Source: Styela clava (lineage: Eukaryota). Taken from it: a stretch of 64,000 bases of DNA. Below, piece after piece: positions 63,809-64,000 of this stretch (position 1 is the stretch's first letter; every line of letters begins with the position of its first letter). The stretch is taken from NCBI RefSeq assembly GCF_964204865.1, contig NC_135254.1:11470001-11534000 (forward strand), in the 5' to 3' direction. Made by a program: the position numbers and the translations under genes. Below the pieces are notes generated by a model. It worked only from the letters and a program-made list of their open reading frames with translations, had not been told where the DNA came from and did no database searches.

Positions 63809-64000
63809 GTGAGTGATTTATTGTGGTGTTTTGTGGGCATATCGCTCATAGAAATTCGAAAATCTGCTTTACCGGACATGTGTATTGAATGCTGCAGAAG
63901 TTATTGTAGGATCGATTTTCGTGCACAGTACTGTATTCTTTCTGTTTGAAACCCACAACTGGTTCAAGGCAATTTTTTGGGTATTTCATTGAATTCACTC

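Overview
AT-rich, intron-containing animal genomic DNA. Divergent Rac/Cdc42-like paralogues and compact introns fit an ascidian/tunicate, but this is an inference and is not verified. Host genes reconstructed by hand from GT-AG sites and reading frames: MGST3 (+), two highly divergent Rho/Rac-family small GTPases (+), a 5-exon type II membrane protein with a C-terminal gC1q domain (-), the piRNA-pathway gene ASZ1/GASZ (-), a Kv beta subunit KCNAB whose AKR domain lies in one exon (+), and the 5' part of CEP350 (+, runs off the window). Mobile DNA: an apparently intact BEL/Pao LTR retrotransposon (runs off the left edge), a decayed CR1/L2-group LINE, six copies of one tRNA-derived SINE, three DINE-1/HINE-like elements and many non-autonomous DNA transposons with identifiable TSDs, several of them nested. 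The main leads are: (1) a prenylatable Rho pseudo-GTPase and a Rac/Cdc42-like gene lacking the catalytic Gln, flanking a C1q gene with TNF-ligand-like topology; (2) a 4-codon first exon that could splice in frame to either KCNAB or CEP350; (3) a self-nested MITE and a locally templated inverted insert in a SINE tail. All exon models are predictions from sequence alone.
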